In this document: piece by piece, positions 26,269-34,932 of the stretch
Position numbering within the stretch: the first letter of the stretch is position 1
Layout: each line of letters opens with the position of its first letter
DNA from: Bacteroidales bacterium
Lineage (GTDB): Bacteria > Bacteroidota > Bacteroidia > Bacteroidales > VadinHA17
Length of the DNA stretch: 64,000 bases
Direction: 5' to 3'
Assembly: GCA_003141895.1 (NCBI GenBank)
Contig: PLNT01000018.1
Location: forward strand, 257,884-321,883
Notes under the pieces: generated by a model
What the model saw: only the letters and a program-made list of their open reading frames with translations
Databases searched by the model: none
Told to the model about the DNA's origin: nothing
Made by a program: the position numbers and the translations under genes

Positions 26269-27015
26269 ATGGATTTCAAGCTCGAAATATGTGTCGATAG
26301 TATTGAGTCGGCCTTGAATGCCCAGACTGCCGGAGCTCACAGAGTTGAGCTATGCAATAATCTTTTTGAAGGAGGTACTACTCCCAGTATGGGGACTATC
26401 AGTTCTGCAAGAAATAATCTTACTATCGGTTTACATGTTTTGATAAGACCCAGAGGAGGTGATTTTCTTTATACTGATGTTGAATATGATATCATGAGAA
26501 GGGATATCGATTTTTGTGGTGAACTCGGGGTCGATGGAATTGTAATTGGAATTTTAGAAAAGTCAGGAAATATTGATGTAGAGAAGACAGCAAAACTTAT
26601 CGAATCAGCAAGACCGATGTCGGTTACATTTCACAGGGCTTACGATATGTGCAATGATCCCAAAAAGGGTCTCGAAGCTGTTATTGCATCGGGAGCAAAC
26701 AGACTGCTAACTTCAGGCCAGAAAAACAGAGCAGAAGAAGGTATTGAACTGATAAGTAAGCTCATAGAAAAGGGGGGCGAAAGGATTATAATTATGCCCG
26801 GATCAGGAATTAGCCTGTCAAATATTGAGCTCATTGCACGAACAACAGGTGCCAGAGAGTTTCATCTCACAGGAAGAAATGTTTTAGAAAGCGAAATGAT
26901 GTTTCAAAAACCAAACATATCAATGGGAGGATATTCCGGTATGTCTGAATATTCAAGGAAAGTTGCTGACCCTGACATGATAAGAAGCATCATAAAGATT
27001 CTTGAAGATATCTGA
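26269..27015 (+). CDS. cutC: CutC-family copper homeostasis protein
   Basis: LEICVDSIESALNAQTAGAHRVELCNNL.EGGTTPS.G...IRPRGGDF.Y is the typical CutC TIM-barrel signature. Confidence 0.85.
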   Translation: MDFKLEICVDSIESALNAQTAGAHRVELCNNLFEGGTTPSMGTISSARNNLTIGLHVLIRPRGGDFLYTDVEYDIMRRDIDFCGELGVDGIVIGILEKSGNIDVEKTAKLIESARPMSVTFHRAYDMCNDPKKGLEAVIASGANRLLTSGQKNRAEEGIELISKLIEKGGERIIIMPGSGISLSNIELIARTTGAREFHLTGRNVLESEMMFQKPNISMGGYSGMSEYSRKVADPDMIRSIIKILEDI

Positions 27016-27147
27016 TTGTGCTGATTACCAGATAATTTGTCCCAAATAAAGAATTTTGGAGTTTAACATAAACCTGATATCTTTGGGAACTCATTTATTA
27101 TCATTCCAATTTTAGATACATCAAACTTTCATCTTAATTTGCTCAAT

Positions 27148-28878
27148 ATGAAAAAAATAATTTCTTTTTTAATTGTAATGCTATTATCAGCTTTAATGTC
27201 TGTGCAGATTACGAATGCATGTACAAATTACCTTGTCACTAAAGGTGCCTCAGTAAAAGGATCAACAATGATAACATATGCAGCCGATTCACATCAATTG
27301 TATGGAGAGTTATATTATTGGCCTGCGAAAGATTATCCACAAGGCACATTTCTTGATGTTATTGAGTGGGACACCCAGAAATATATGGGTAAAATAAGGC
27401 AGGTGGCACATACATATTCTGTTGTCGGGAACATGAATGAGCATCAGCTTGCAATTGGTGAAACTACATATGGAGGCATTGAAAACATGGTTGATACTAC
27501 TGCAATTGTAGATTATGGCAGCCTTATATATCTTACCCTCCAAAGAGCTAAAAATGCCAGAGAAGCAATAAAAGTCATGTCTGATCTGGTATCTGAATAT
27601 GGTTATGCAAGCGAAGGTGAATCATTTTCAATAGCAGATCCAAACGAAGCATGGATATTTGAAATAATAGGCAAAGGAGTAAATAACAGGGGTGCAGTTT
27701 GGGTAGCACGCCGTATTCCCGATGGATATGTTTCCGGTCATGCCAACCAGGCAAGGATACAGACTTTCCCTCTGTCAACAGGAAAAAAGAACAGTATTGC
27801 AATCACTTCCAAAGAACTTAACAGAATATCAGAGCCAAATATTGAATGTGTTTATGCTTATGACGTTATTGATTTTGCAAGGAGTAAGAATTTATTTAAG
27901 GGGAAAGATGCTGAATTCAGTTTCTCTGATACTTATAATCCAATAACTTTTTCCGGTGCGCGCTTTTGTGAAGTTCGCGTGTGGTCATTCTTCAAATCAG
28001 TTAATTCTGATATGTATCAGTATTTCAACTATGCTTCAGGACATGATCTGAGCAAACGTATGCCTTTGTGGATTAAACCCGATCATAAGATCTCCGATTA
28101 TGATATGATGAATTTCATGAGAGATCATCTTGAAGGAACACCACTTGATATGAGAAATGATATAGGTGCGGGTCCATTCGGTCTCCCCTATCGCTGGCGT
28201 CCTCTTGATTGGAAAGTATCTGATGCTGAGAATGCCCCGAAATATTGCAATGAAAGAGCTACCTCTACCCAGCAGACAGGATTTGTGTTTGTTGCTGAAT
28301 GCCGCAATTGGTTACCCGACCCTGTTGGAGGTATCTTTTGGTTTGGAGTTGATGATGCAGCTACGACAGTATTTACACCTATGTATTGTGGAATTACTCA
28401 AGTTCCTGAATGTTTTAAAGTTGGAAATGGTGATATGCTTACTTATTCTCCTACTTCTGCTTTCTGGATATTTAACACTGTTGCCAATAGGTGCTATTCG
28501 CGCTATGATCTTATGAGCGCTGATGCTCAGAAGGTACAAAAACGACTTGAAACAGGATTCATAGCCAAAACAGATTCAGTTGATGCTGAAGCACTTAAAT
28601 TATCGTCTAAAGATATGAATCTTGCAAAAGAATATCTCACAAACTATTCGGATAAAATGGCGCAGAATACCTTTAACCAATGGAAAACATTAAGTGAATA
28701 CCTTCTTGTAAAATATATAGATGGAAATATTAAAAAAGAAAAAGACGGAAAGTTTGAAAGGAATAAATGGGGTAATCCGGTTATGCCTCTTCAACCAGGC
28801 TATTCTGAAGCCTGGAAGAAATCAGTAGTAGAGGAAACAGGTGATAAGCTATTTGAGCCTTCAAATGCCAGCCATTAA
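27148..28878 (+). CDS. C69-family dipeptidase (secreted)
   Basis: A signal peptide is followed by ACTNYLVTKGAS, the N-terminal nucleophile Cys of peptidase C69. The ATG is at 27148 (the track ORF begins at a TTG at 27139). Confidence 0.85.
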   Translation: MKKIISFLIVMLLSALMSVQITNACTNYLVTKGASVKGSTMITYAADSHQLYGELYYWPAKDYPQGTFLDVIEWDTQKYMGKIRQVAHTYSVVGNMNEHQLAIGETTYGGIENMVDTTAIVDYGSLIYLTLQRAKNAREAIKVMSDLVSEYGYASEGESFSIADPNEAWIFEIIGKGVNNRGAVWVARRIPDGYVSGHANQARIQTFPLSTGKKNSIAITSKELNRISEPNIECVYAYDVIDFARSKNLFKGKDAEFSFSDTYNPITFSGARFCEVRVWSFFKSVNSDMYQYFNYASGHDLSKRMPLWIKPDHKISDYDMMNFMRDHLEGTPLDMRNDIGAGPFGLPYRWRPLDWKVSDAENAPKYCNERATSTQQTGFVFVAECRNWLPDPVGGIFWFGVDDAATTVFTPMYCGITQVPECFKVGNGDMLTYSPTSAFWIFNTVANRCYSRYDLMSADAQKVQKRLETGFIAKTDSVDAEALKLSSKDMNLAKEYLTNYSDKMAQNTFNQWKTLSEYLLVKYIDGNIKKEKDGKFERNKWGNPVMPLQPGYSEAWKKSVVEETGDKLFEPSNASH

Positions 28879-28900
28879 CCAGAAAGGATAAGAGAATATC

Positions 28901-28965
28901 AGGTTTAGGTTAAGGTTGAGGTCGAGAATATGGAACCTTAGCCTTAGCCTTAACCTAGGCCTTAA
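28901..28965 (+). terminator. Hairpin built from inverted heptamer repeats (probable terminator of the dipeptidase gene)
   Basis: aggtttaggttaaggttgaggtcgag / aatatgg / aaccttagccttagccttaacctaggcctta. The arms pair, with several G-U pairs, only when read as plus-strand RNA. Confidence 0.6.
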
Positions 28966-29058
28966 ATATTTTCAGGCATAGTTGGTATTATCAATTTTTT
29001 ATTCGTAAGTTTGCGACCGGATTTTTGAAACCAAATTGAGTATAAAATACTTTGTGAG

Positions 29059-29406
29059 ATGAATTTAATGAATGTTATTGAGAAGGAATTTGCTGTAAAG
29101 AATGAATTTCCGAAATTCGTAGCTGGTGATACCGTTACCGTGCACTATAAAATCAGGGAAGGTAATAAAGAGAGAATCCAGCAATTCAGGGGAGTAGTAA
29201 TACAGAGAAGCGGAGAAAAACATACCGAAACTTTTACAGTAAGGAAAATTTCAGGGAACATAGGCGTTGAAAGAATATTTCCTATTGCATCACCGTTTAT
29301 CGATAAGATAGAAGTTAACAAACACGGTAAAGTACGCAGAGCGAGAATATTCTACCTTCGTGATCTCACCGGCAAAAAAGCCCGTATACGCGAAAAGAAA
29401 TTTTAA
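29059..29406 (+). CDS. rplS: 50S ribosomal protein L19
   Basis: [10 protein letters not shown]...[26 protein letters not shown]...[12 protein letters not shown]. Confidence 0.97.
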   Translation: MNLMNVIEKEFAVKNEFPKFVAGDTVTVHYKIREGNKERIQQFRGVVIQRSGEKHTETFTVRKISGNIGVERIFPIASPFIDKIEVNKHGKVRRARIFYLRDLTGKKARIREKKF

Positions 29407-29431
29407 GAATTGTCTCCATAGAAATATAAAG

Positions 29432-29456
29432 GGCTGCTCAATCGGGCGGCCTTTTC
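29432..29456. terminator. Bidirectional stem-loop between convergent rplS and the AsmA-like gene
   Basis: GGCTGC-tcaatcgg-GCGGCC followed by TTTTC on the plus strand. Confidence 0.55.
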
Positions 29457-29491
29457 TACAATCAATTTTTCTTGCTTTCACCTGTTGAACT

Positions 29492-31960
29492 TCAAAGGAA
29501 TGGCGTAACAACCGGCTTAGTGTATGTTCCGGTTACCTTAACATTAAGCTTTATGATATCAGGCAGTTTAACCTTAATACCTAAAGCGGAAGCCTTCGAA
29601 GAAAGATTATCTATTAATGAATTTACGGACCCTCCAAGATCGGCTCTGGGGAATTCGGTTTTAACCAGATAATTAATGCTCTGATCGAGACCCTGATCGC
29701 CGCTGATATTCATTTTTAGATTACCCGTCTTTATATCAAATGGACTCACATAAACCCTACCATCTGCAATCCTGAAATTTATATTAACATCTTTAAAAGA
29801 ATTTTCATATTTATCGCTGAGCTTAAGGATCTCTTTCATCTTGTCAAAAGTTTTGGAGTCGACCAGAGTAATTTCGTTTGATTTGATATTCCCCTTCCCA
29901 TTGATCGAATTTACAATAGGCATCATGTCTTTGCCCAGCAGACTGGTATATTCAAGTTTTGCGCTTATCTTGCCATCAACTCCTATTGCAGCTGGGGCAA
30001 ATTTCTTAACTGTATTGAATGTATTGAAAGCATCTTTTATAACTATATTCTCTATATCAAAGTCAGCCTTCATAACCGGTCTGACAATATTGCGGGTATC
30101 ATAATCAGCATTCATTGAAATAGTACCTCCAAGAATATTCATTCCTGTTTCGCGGAAAGATAAAATTCCGTCTCTGGCAAATATATGTCCCTTTACCTTC
30201 TCTGCTGAGATATTATCATATGATAATTTCTCAATAAGTGCATTAAAATCAAAATCAATGTTTTTAGGTACAGGAATTATGGGCAGACCTGTTGTATCCT
30301 GAACAGCAGATGTTGAATCTGACATAGAATTCATAATAGAGGAAACGTCTGTAAGGTTTGAATGAATTACCAGTTTGGCGTTCAATATCTTATTCCTGAA
30401 AACATAAGGAATATAGTTTTCAAGATTTCCTGTCACTGAATAATCGCTTTTTCCTGCAACTATCATGTGAGCACTTTCTATCTTCGTAAATGCTGGTGAA
30501 AAGGATAAGACTGCATCTTTTATTTCTAGCCTTGGATAACCGGTAAATGAATAAATCATGTCCTTAATTCCCAGAGTTCCTCTGACATCAAAGCTTTCAT
30601 ACTGTTCTTTCTCAATCATTGATAATCTCCCAGACATCGAGAGGGCCATATCAATCACTCCCGAAAACGACATACGGTGCATCGGGACAGCTTTTGATAA
30701 AGCATTCAGGTTCAGCCTTCCATTCATTGTACCTTTGAAATCAGGGTCACTCATCGGAGTCTTTAAAAAAAATGTCATATCGAATGGACTTCCAGCCAGT
30801 TCAAAATGGAATTTTTGCAGATTGACTGTTGTCCTGTCAAGAACATTTCCATCAATAAAAACATTTGCATTAACATTGATATTGCTGATCTTTTCTGGTA
30901 ATGAAGGATAACTTATAAGTCCATTATTTACCAGGAGGTCAATACTTATATCAGGAAATGTTTTGTCAGCAAGCCTATAAATGCCTTTTGCTGTTCCTGA
31001 TAAAGAAAAATCTCCCGAAGCTTTCAGATCTTCATAACCCTTCATATAAACAGAAGGAATCAGTGACATAAATGTCTTGAAGGATGCTTTATCTGTTCCA
31101 AAATGCAAGTCCGTCTTAATATCTTTTCCCTGCATTTTTACCATCCCTGATAATGAAATCTTAAGATCATTTATTGAAAAATAATTATCTCTCATAGTAA
31201 ATTTCATACTGTCAGGTTCAGCCAGCATGTTGATCTTAGAATCTATTTTTGCTTTGTTAAGGAATTTTACACCGTTCATGATTACAGTTGTCGTTCCTGA
31301 ATTCAGATTCATTTTCAGAAGCGTCTCTGTAAAAGTCATACTACCGGCAATTCTGAAATTCAGTTCCTCAAGACGTGCATAAAGTGACAAGCTCGAATCG
31401 GAGTATACAATTGAACTGTTTTTTATTTCCACCTTTCTGAGCATAACTTTAAAGGAACTGCCTGAAGATGATGTTGAAGAGATTGCCGGAGAAGATTCAG
31501 GTGCGGGATTTGCTGCCTGGGCAACCTGCTGCGTTTTAGTAGTAGATACTGATGGCTTGGTTGTTTCCCAGTTTGCCGTTCCATTTTTCAGGACTAATGC
31601 ATTGACCTTAGCTTGATCTACTATAATTGACTTCACTTCATAACCCGATTTCGATAATATGCTCAGAAGGTTAAATGCAAGATCAAAGGTTTTAAAAGAA
31701 GCAAGGGTATCTCCTTCAAATTTTCCTAAACCGGTTACCGACACATTTTTTAACGAGAATGTCAGGTTGGGAAAATCTTTAAAAAACCCAAGTTTATAAT
31801 CATCAAATTTCACTGTTGCATAAACTGATTTATTGATAACCTGAACGACCTTGCTTTTTATCTGCTCTTTAAAAATAATCGGGATAGTAAATAGTAGAAT
31901 CAGAATTACCAGAATAATTCCAAGAATAACCCTTACAATTAAGCCCAATGCTTTTTTCAT
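29492..31960 (-). CDS. AsmA-family outer-membrane biogenesis protein
   Basis: 822 aa. A single N-terminal transmembrane anchor is followed by long beta-rich repetitive sequence. The C-terminal region (ISGDQGLDQSINY...) is typical of AsmA-like proteins. Confidence 0.7.
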   Translation of the reverse strand: MKKALGLIVRVILGIILVILILLFTIPIIFKEQIKSKVVQVINKSVYATVKFDDYKLGFFKDFPNLTFSLKNVSVTGLGKFEGDTLASFKTFDLAFNLLSILSKSGYEVKSIIVDQAKVNALVLKNGTANWETTKPSVSTTKTQQVAQAANPAPESSPAISSTSSSGSSFKVMLRKVEIKNSSIVYSDSSLSLYARLEELNFRIAGSMTFTETLLKMNLNSGTTTVIMNGVKFLNKAKIDSKINMLAEPDSMKFTMRDNYFSINDLKISLSGMVKMQGKDIKTDLHFGTDKASFKTFMSLIPSVYMKGYEDLKASGDFSLSGTAKGIYRLADKTFPDISIDLLVNNGLISYPSLPEKISNINVNANVFIDGNVLDRTTVNLQKFHFELAGSPFDMTFFLKTPMSDPDFKGTMNGRLNLNALSKAVPMHRMSFSGVIDMALSMSGRLSMIEKEQYESFDVRGTLGIKDMIYSFTGYPRLEIKDAVLSFSPAFTKIESAHMIVAGKSDYSVTGNLENYIPYVFRNKILNAKLVIHSNLTDVSSIMNSMSDSTSAVQDTTGLPIIPVPKNIDFDFNALIEKLSYDNISAEKVKGHIFARDGILSFRETGMNILGGTISMNADYDTRNIVRPVMKADFDIENIVIKDAFNTFNTVKKFAPAAIGVDGKISAKLEYTSLLGKDMMPIVNSINGKGNIKSNEITLVDSKTFDKMKEILKLSDKYENSFKDVNINFRIADGRVYVSPFDIKTGNLKMNISGDQGLDQSINYLVKTEFPRADLGGSVNSLIDNLSSKASALGIKVKLPDIIKLNVKVTGTYTKPVVTPFL

Positions 31961-32120
31961 AACTACTATATATTGATTATCAGTAAAATGTAAAAAGATA
32001 TTTTATGCAGATTGAAACGCATAAAAGTACGCATTATTCCTTAAAACAAATAAACAAAGAGAAGCATCTGTTTATTTAGAAATCCGGATCTGTCTTAACT
32101 TAGGATGTTCCGATTGAAGG

Positions 32121-33350
32121 TTATTTATTCATAACTGAGCTAAAGAAAGCCTTCATCTCGGCAGCATAATAAACTCCATATTTAGAGAAAGTAGCCTTAG
32201 TTGTTTCATCCGGTTTCCAATCGAAAAACGCATGACTGGCACCTCCTGCCTGTACATACTCCACTCTTTGTCCGGCTTTCACAAGAGCATCAACATAAGC
32301 TTTTACAGCATCATCCTTTATAAGAGGATCGTTGGTGCCACGTAAAAAATATTGTGGAACGGCTCTTTCAGTCACATCTGGAATATTGCTCAAAGGTGCA
32401 ATACCATCTTTCCAGCTGTCATCGGCTAAAGGATCATCAGAATAATGATTCAGAAGATTTCCCCCGAATACACCATAGCTTGGTGCTGCAGCCTTTATTG
32501 ATGCCATCATCTCGGTTCTAAGCTGAACGACAGTTTTGTTTTTTGGTACATACGAAGGCAGAAATTCAAAAACTCCTTTCGTTTTTCCAAAGCCGTCTGT
32601 ACCGATTTTGTTTGTCATTGTTGCTGCGAGGGCCGAAAGATGTCCGCCTGCACTATCTCCGGTAAGTCCGATTCTTGAAGGATCGCCTCCATATTCTGCA
32701 GCATGCTCCATTATGTGCGCTATTGCTCCAAAAACGTCATCAACTATATCGATCATGGAATTATTAGTTGCATCTCCATCTAACTTCCCAGCCCAACGAT
32801 AATCGATACTGAATACCACAAATTTTCCATCCTTAGTCAATTCCCGTGCAAGTCCGCGCATTATATCCTCGGTATTCGTTGTCCATCCGCCTCCATGTAT
32901 GATAACGATACAAGGAAGGTTTTTAGCACCCTTTGGGGAATAGACGTCATATTTCAATGATTTTACTCCAGGTTTGGCATAAATTATATCTTGTGTTACA
33001 TTTATATTGGCAACTGCTGATTTTTCAATAAATGAAGCTCCGATATGTTTTTCATGATCAATCGTAACCTGAAAAACCGGGGACATTGACTCAAAATACA
33101 TTTGTCCCCATCTGCCTTTGTCGGAGTAATACACAGCATCGAGCATGTATCCTGGTGCAGGTTCAGCAGTTACTGTAACTATTGTACCTGCAGGATATTT
33201 TCCGTCAGCCGGTAAAGCAGGATCAAGCTTGAATGTTCCGTTTAAAGGCTTATCTATAATAGTGTTGCAGGACTGAGCAATTAACCTGCCTGTCCCTGAT
33301 ATAAGCGCAATAGATGCGCAGACTAACAATTTAATAAATAGTTTTTTCAT
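32121..33350 (-). CDS. Secreted alpha/beta-hydrolase (esterase/lipase-like)
   Basis: HGGGW oxyanion motif and GDSAGG nucleophile elbow. The start is taken at MKKLFIKLLVCASIALISG (33350), a lipoprotein-like signal. The longer track ORF (to 33509) runs through intergenic repeats. Confidence 0.85.
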   Translation of the reverse strand: MKKLFIKLLVCASIALISGTGRLIAQSCNTIIDKPLNGTFKLDPALPADGKYPAGTIVTVTAEPAPGYMLDAVYYSDKGRWGQMYFESMSPVFQVTIDHEKHIGASFIEKSAVANINVTQDIIYAKPGVKSLKYDVYSPKGAKNLPCIVIIHGGGWTTNTEDIMRGLARELTKDGKFVVFSIDYRWAGKLDGDATNNSMIDIVDDVFGAIAHIMEHAAEYGGDPSRIGLTGDSAGGHLSALAATMTNKIGTDGFGKTKGVFEFLPSYVPKNKTVVQLRTEMMASIKAAAPSYGVFGGNLLNHYSDDPLADDSWKDGIAPLSNIPDVTERAVPQYFLRGTNDPLIKDDAVKAYVDALVKAGQRVEYVQAGGASHAFFDWKPDETTKATFSKYGVYYAAEMKAFFSSVMNK

Positions 33351-33404
33351 AATACAGTAATTGTAAATAAATTCAAATCTACTATTAAAATCTGGACTGG
33401 CAAG

Positions 33405-33590
33405 AAGGGGATTGCTTCGGCGCATAGCGCCTCGCAATGACTCTATATTTAGAAAGTTGCGTCTCAATCCCTTTCTCAGATTAATGTCAGGGAAGGTCAT
33501 TGCGAGCAAAGCGAAGCAATCTCATAATGCATGTCTGATCAATATAGCAGCGAAGATCCATTGCGAGAAGCGAAGCGATGAAGCAACCCT
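33405..33590. repeat. Inverted copies of a GATTGCTTCG...CTCGCAATGAC-type interspersed repeat
   Basis: ggattgcttcggcgcatagcgcctcgcaatgac (33409-33441), then the inverted gtcattgcgagcaaagcgaagcaatc (33497-33522), then ccattgcgagaagcgaagcgatgaagcaacc (33558-33588). Confidence 0.9.
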
Positions 33591-33690
33591 CCTATTGAAT
33601 CCTGAATATAAATTAAGATACTTCTCCAAACTTTACTCAACATTAGTTATTTGATTTTTCCAAATATTGCTATATTTGCGTCCTCATAAT

Positions 33691-33764
33691 GGACCTGTAG
33701 CTTAATTGGATAGAGCATCTGGCTACGGACCAGAAGGTTGGGGGTTCGAGTCCCTTCAGGTTCA
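33691..33764 (+). tRNA. tRNA-Arg (anticodon ACG)
   Basis: Folded by hand. Acceptor GGACCTG/CAGGTTC, D arm GCTT...GAGC, anticodon stem TCTGG/CCAGA with loop CTACGGA (ACG), T arm with the TTCGAGT loop, discriminator A. Confidence 0.9.
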
Positions 33765-33775
33765 CTTTTATAAAA
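33745..33775 (+). repeat. attL (tRNA-Arg 3' end)
   Basis: ttcgagtcccttcaggttcacttttataaaa, matching 47273-47303 (ttcgagtcccttcaggttcactcttataaaa). Confidence 0.9.
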
Positions 33776-33813
33776 CGTAATTCAATTATTAATCAATGAG
33801 TTACGTTTTTTAT
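33772..33813 (+). terminator. Stem-loop plus T-run after tRNA-Arg (supplied by the inserted element)
   Basis: AAAACGTAA-20 nt-TTACGTTTT followed by TTATT. Confidence 0.5.
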
Positions 33814-33831
33814 TGCCCTGATTTTAACAAC

Positions 33832-33843
33832 ATTTCTACAACC
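33832..33843 (+). promoter_or_regulatory. ATTTCTACAACC motif (candidate integrase arm-type site, left end)
   Basis: The identical 12-mer recurs at 47129-47140, followed by ATTCTACAAC at 47141-47150, just inside the other end of the element. Confidence 0.35.
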
Positions 33844-33890
33844 CAGGTGAATACTCATTATATTCAGGATGATCTTCACTTTCCAAAACT

Positions 33891-34283
33891 CTATAGTAAA
33901 AAATTGACTTCGGAAAGCTCCTTTCCTATTTGATGAACACCTTGCAATATCCGTTTTGTCTGAATAATTGAAGGTTTTTTATTCCCTTTAATATATTGAG
34001 CTAATAAACTTTGGTTCATTCCTATTCGTTCAGAAAGCGCCTTTGCATTAATAACCTTGTAAAAGTCAAAGAAACTTTCAAGATCATAACTAAATTTTAT
34101 TTCATCAATCCTATAAATAAACCCTTTTACCTCAAAAGCAAGGTTTACAGCTTCTAAGATGTTAGATTTAAGTTCATCAAAGGTATTTCCATCGGTTGCT
34201 ATGAAATTATTTTCTACCGTTGTATTTGCGCTATATCCTATATCTTCTTTAACTACAGTTATGTTGATTTTAGTCTTTTTCAT
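33891..34283 (-). CDS. hicB: HicB-family antitoxin with a C-terminal XRE-type HTH
   Basis: The N-terminal HicB-like fold is (KINITVVKEDIGYSANTTVENNFIATDGNTFDELKSNILEAVNLAFE). The C-terminal HTH is (LSERIGMNQSLLAQYIKGNKKPS). It overlaps hicA by 4 nt. Confidence 0.75.
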   Translation of the reverse strand: MKKTKINITVVKEDIGYSANTTVENNFIATDGNTFDELKSNILEAVNLAFEVKGFIYRIDEIKFSYDLESFFDFYKVINAKALSERIGMNQSLLAQYIKGNKKPSIIQTKRILQGVHQIGKELSEVNFLL

Positions 34284-34477
34284 CTTTTACTCGTTTTAAT
34301 TTCTGCTTGCTTCAATATTGCTTTTAACAAACCTTTTTTAACTTCTTTCCCTGAATGGAACGGAACAGTAAGTTGTTTAGGATTCGTTGGATGCTGCATA
34401 ATTACATGACTGCCTTTTTGTCTGACTTCAATCCATCCATCCTTCTTTAACAACTTGAAAAGGTCATTATATTTCAT
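34280..34477 (-). CDS. hicA: HicA-family mRNA interferase toxin
   Basis: MKYNDLFKLLKKDGWIEVRQKGSHVIMQHPTNPKQLTVPFHSGKEVKKGLLKAILKQAEI is a near-consensus HicA (GSH motif). The start is taken at the ATG at 34477. Confidence 0.85.
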   Translation of the reverse strand: MKYNDLFKLLKKDGWIEVRQKGSHVIMQHPTNPKQLTVPFHSGKEVKKGLLKAILKQAEIKTSKR

Positions 34478-34569
34478 ATACACAAAGGTAATAAATATAT
34501 TACTTTCATGCAAATATTTTTTACTTTTAATTTGAATGTGCAAAAGTGAAATAGGTTTTTTTTGGTTGT

Positions 34570-34922
34570 CAGCTGCAGGATCCGCTCCGGGTCAACACTG
34601 TTTTACCCTGATGGTCGGTCCGGAATCAGTCAGAACCACGACCGGTAGTGATTAAAATTCAGGTAATATTAACCAGGTGTTTATGATCTGCAGCTGCAGG
34701 ATCCGCTCCTGGTCAACCCTTTTTGCCCTGACTAACCGGCCAGAAGTAGTCAGATCCATGGGTCCGTACGGGTTAATTCCGGAGTGATTTTAAGGTTTAC
34801 AGCTGGAGTATCCGCTCCGATCCGCTCCTGGTCAACCCTCTTTACCCTGATGAACCGGCCAGAAGTAGTCAGATCCATGGTCCGTCTGGGATAATTCCGG
34901 AGTGATTTTAAGGTTTACAGCT
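34570..34922. repeat. Three tandem GC-rich repeat units (121, 109 and 123 bp); candidate structured RNA or protein-binding array
   Basis: Units start at 34570, 34691 and 34800, each with CAGCTG(C/G)AGGATCCGCTCC...GGTCAAC...CCCTGA...GTCAGA.... Units 2 and 3 are very similar. Unit 1 diverges in its 3' half. No ORF is present. GC content is visibly much higher than in the flanks. Confidence 0.9.
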
Positions 34923-34932
34923 ACTGACGGAA

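Noticed and set aside
33351-33654. The N-terminal 53-codon extension of the esterase ORF (to 33509) and the plus-strand ORF 33412..33654.
   Set aside because: Both are read through the GATTGCTTCG/GTCATTGCGAG interspersed repeats. A canonical lipoprotein-type signal peptide begins at the internal ATG at 33350.
34570-34922. Possible CRISPR array, because of regularly repeated GC-rich sequence in an accessory region.
   Set aside because: The units are about 110-123 bp and directly abut each other with no unique spacers. There are only three copies. No cas genes are in the window. It is reported as a tandem repeat instead.
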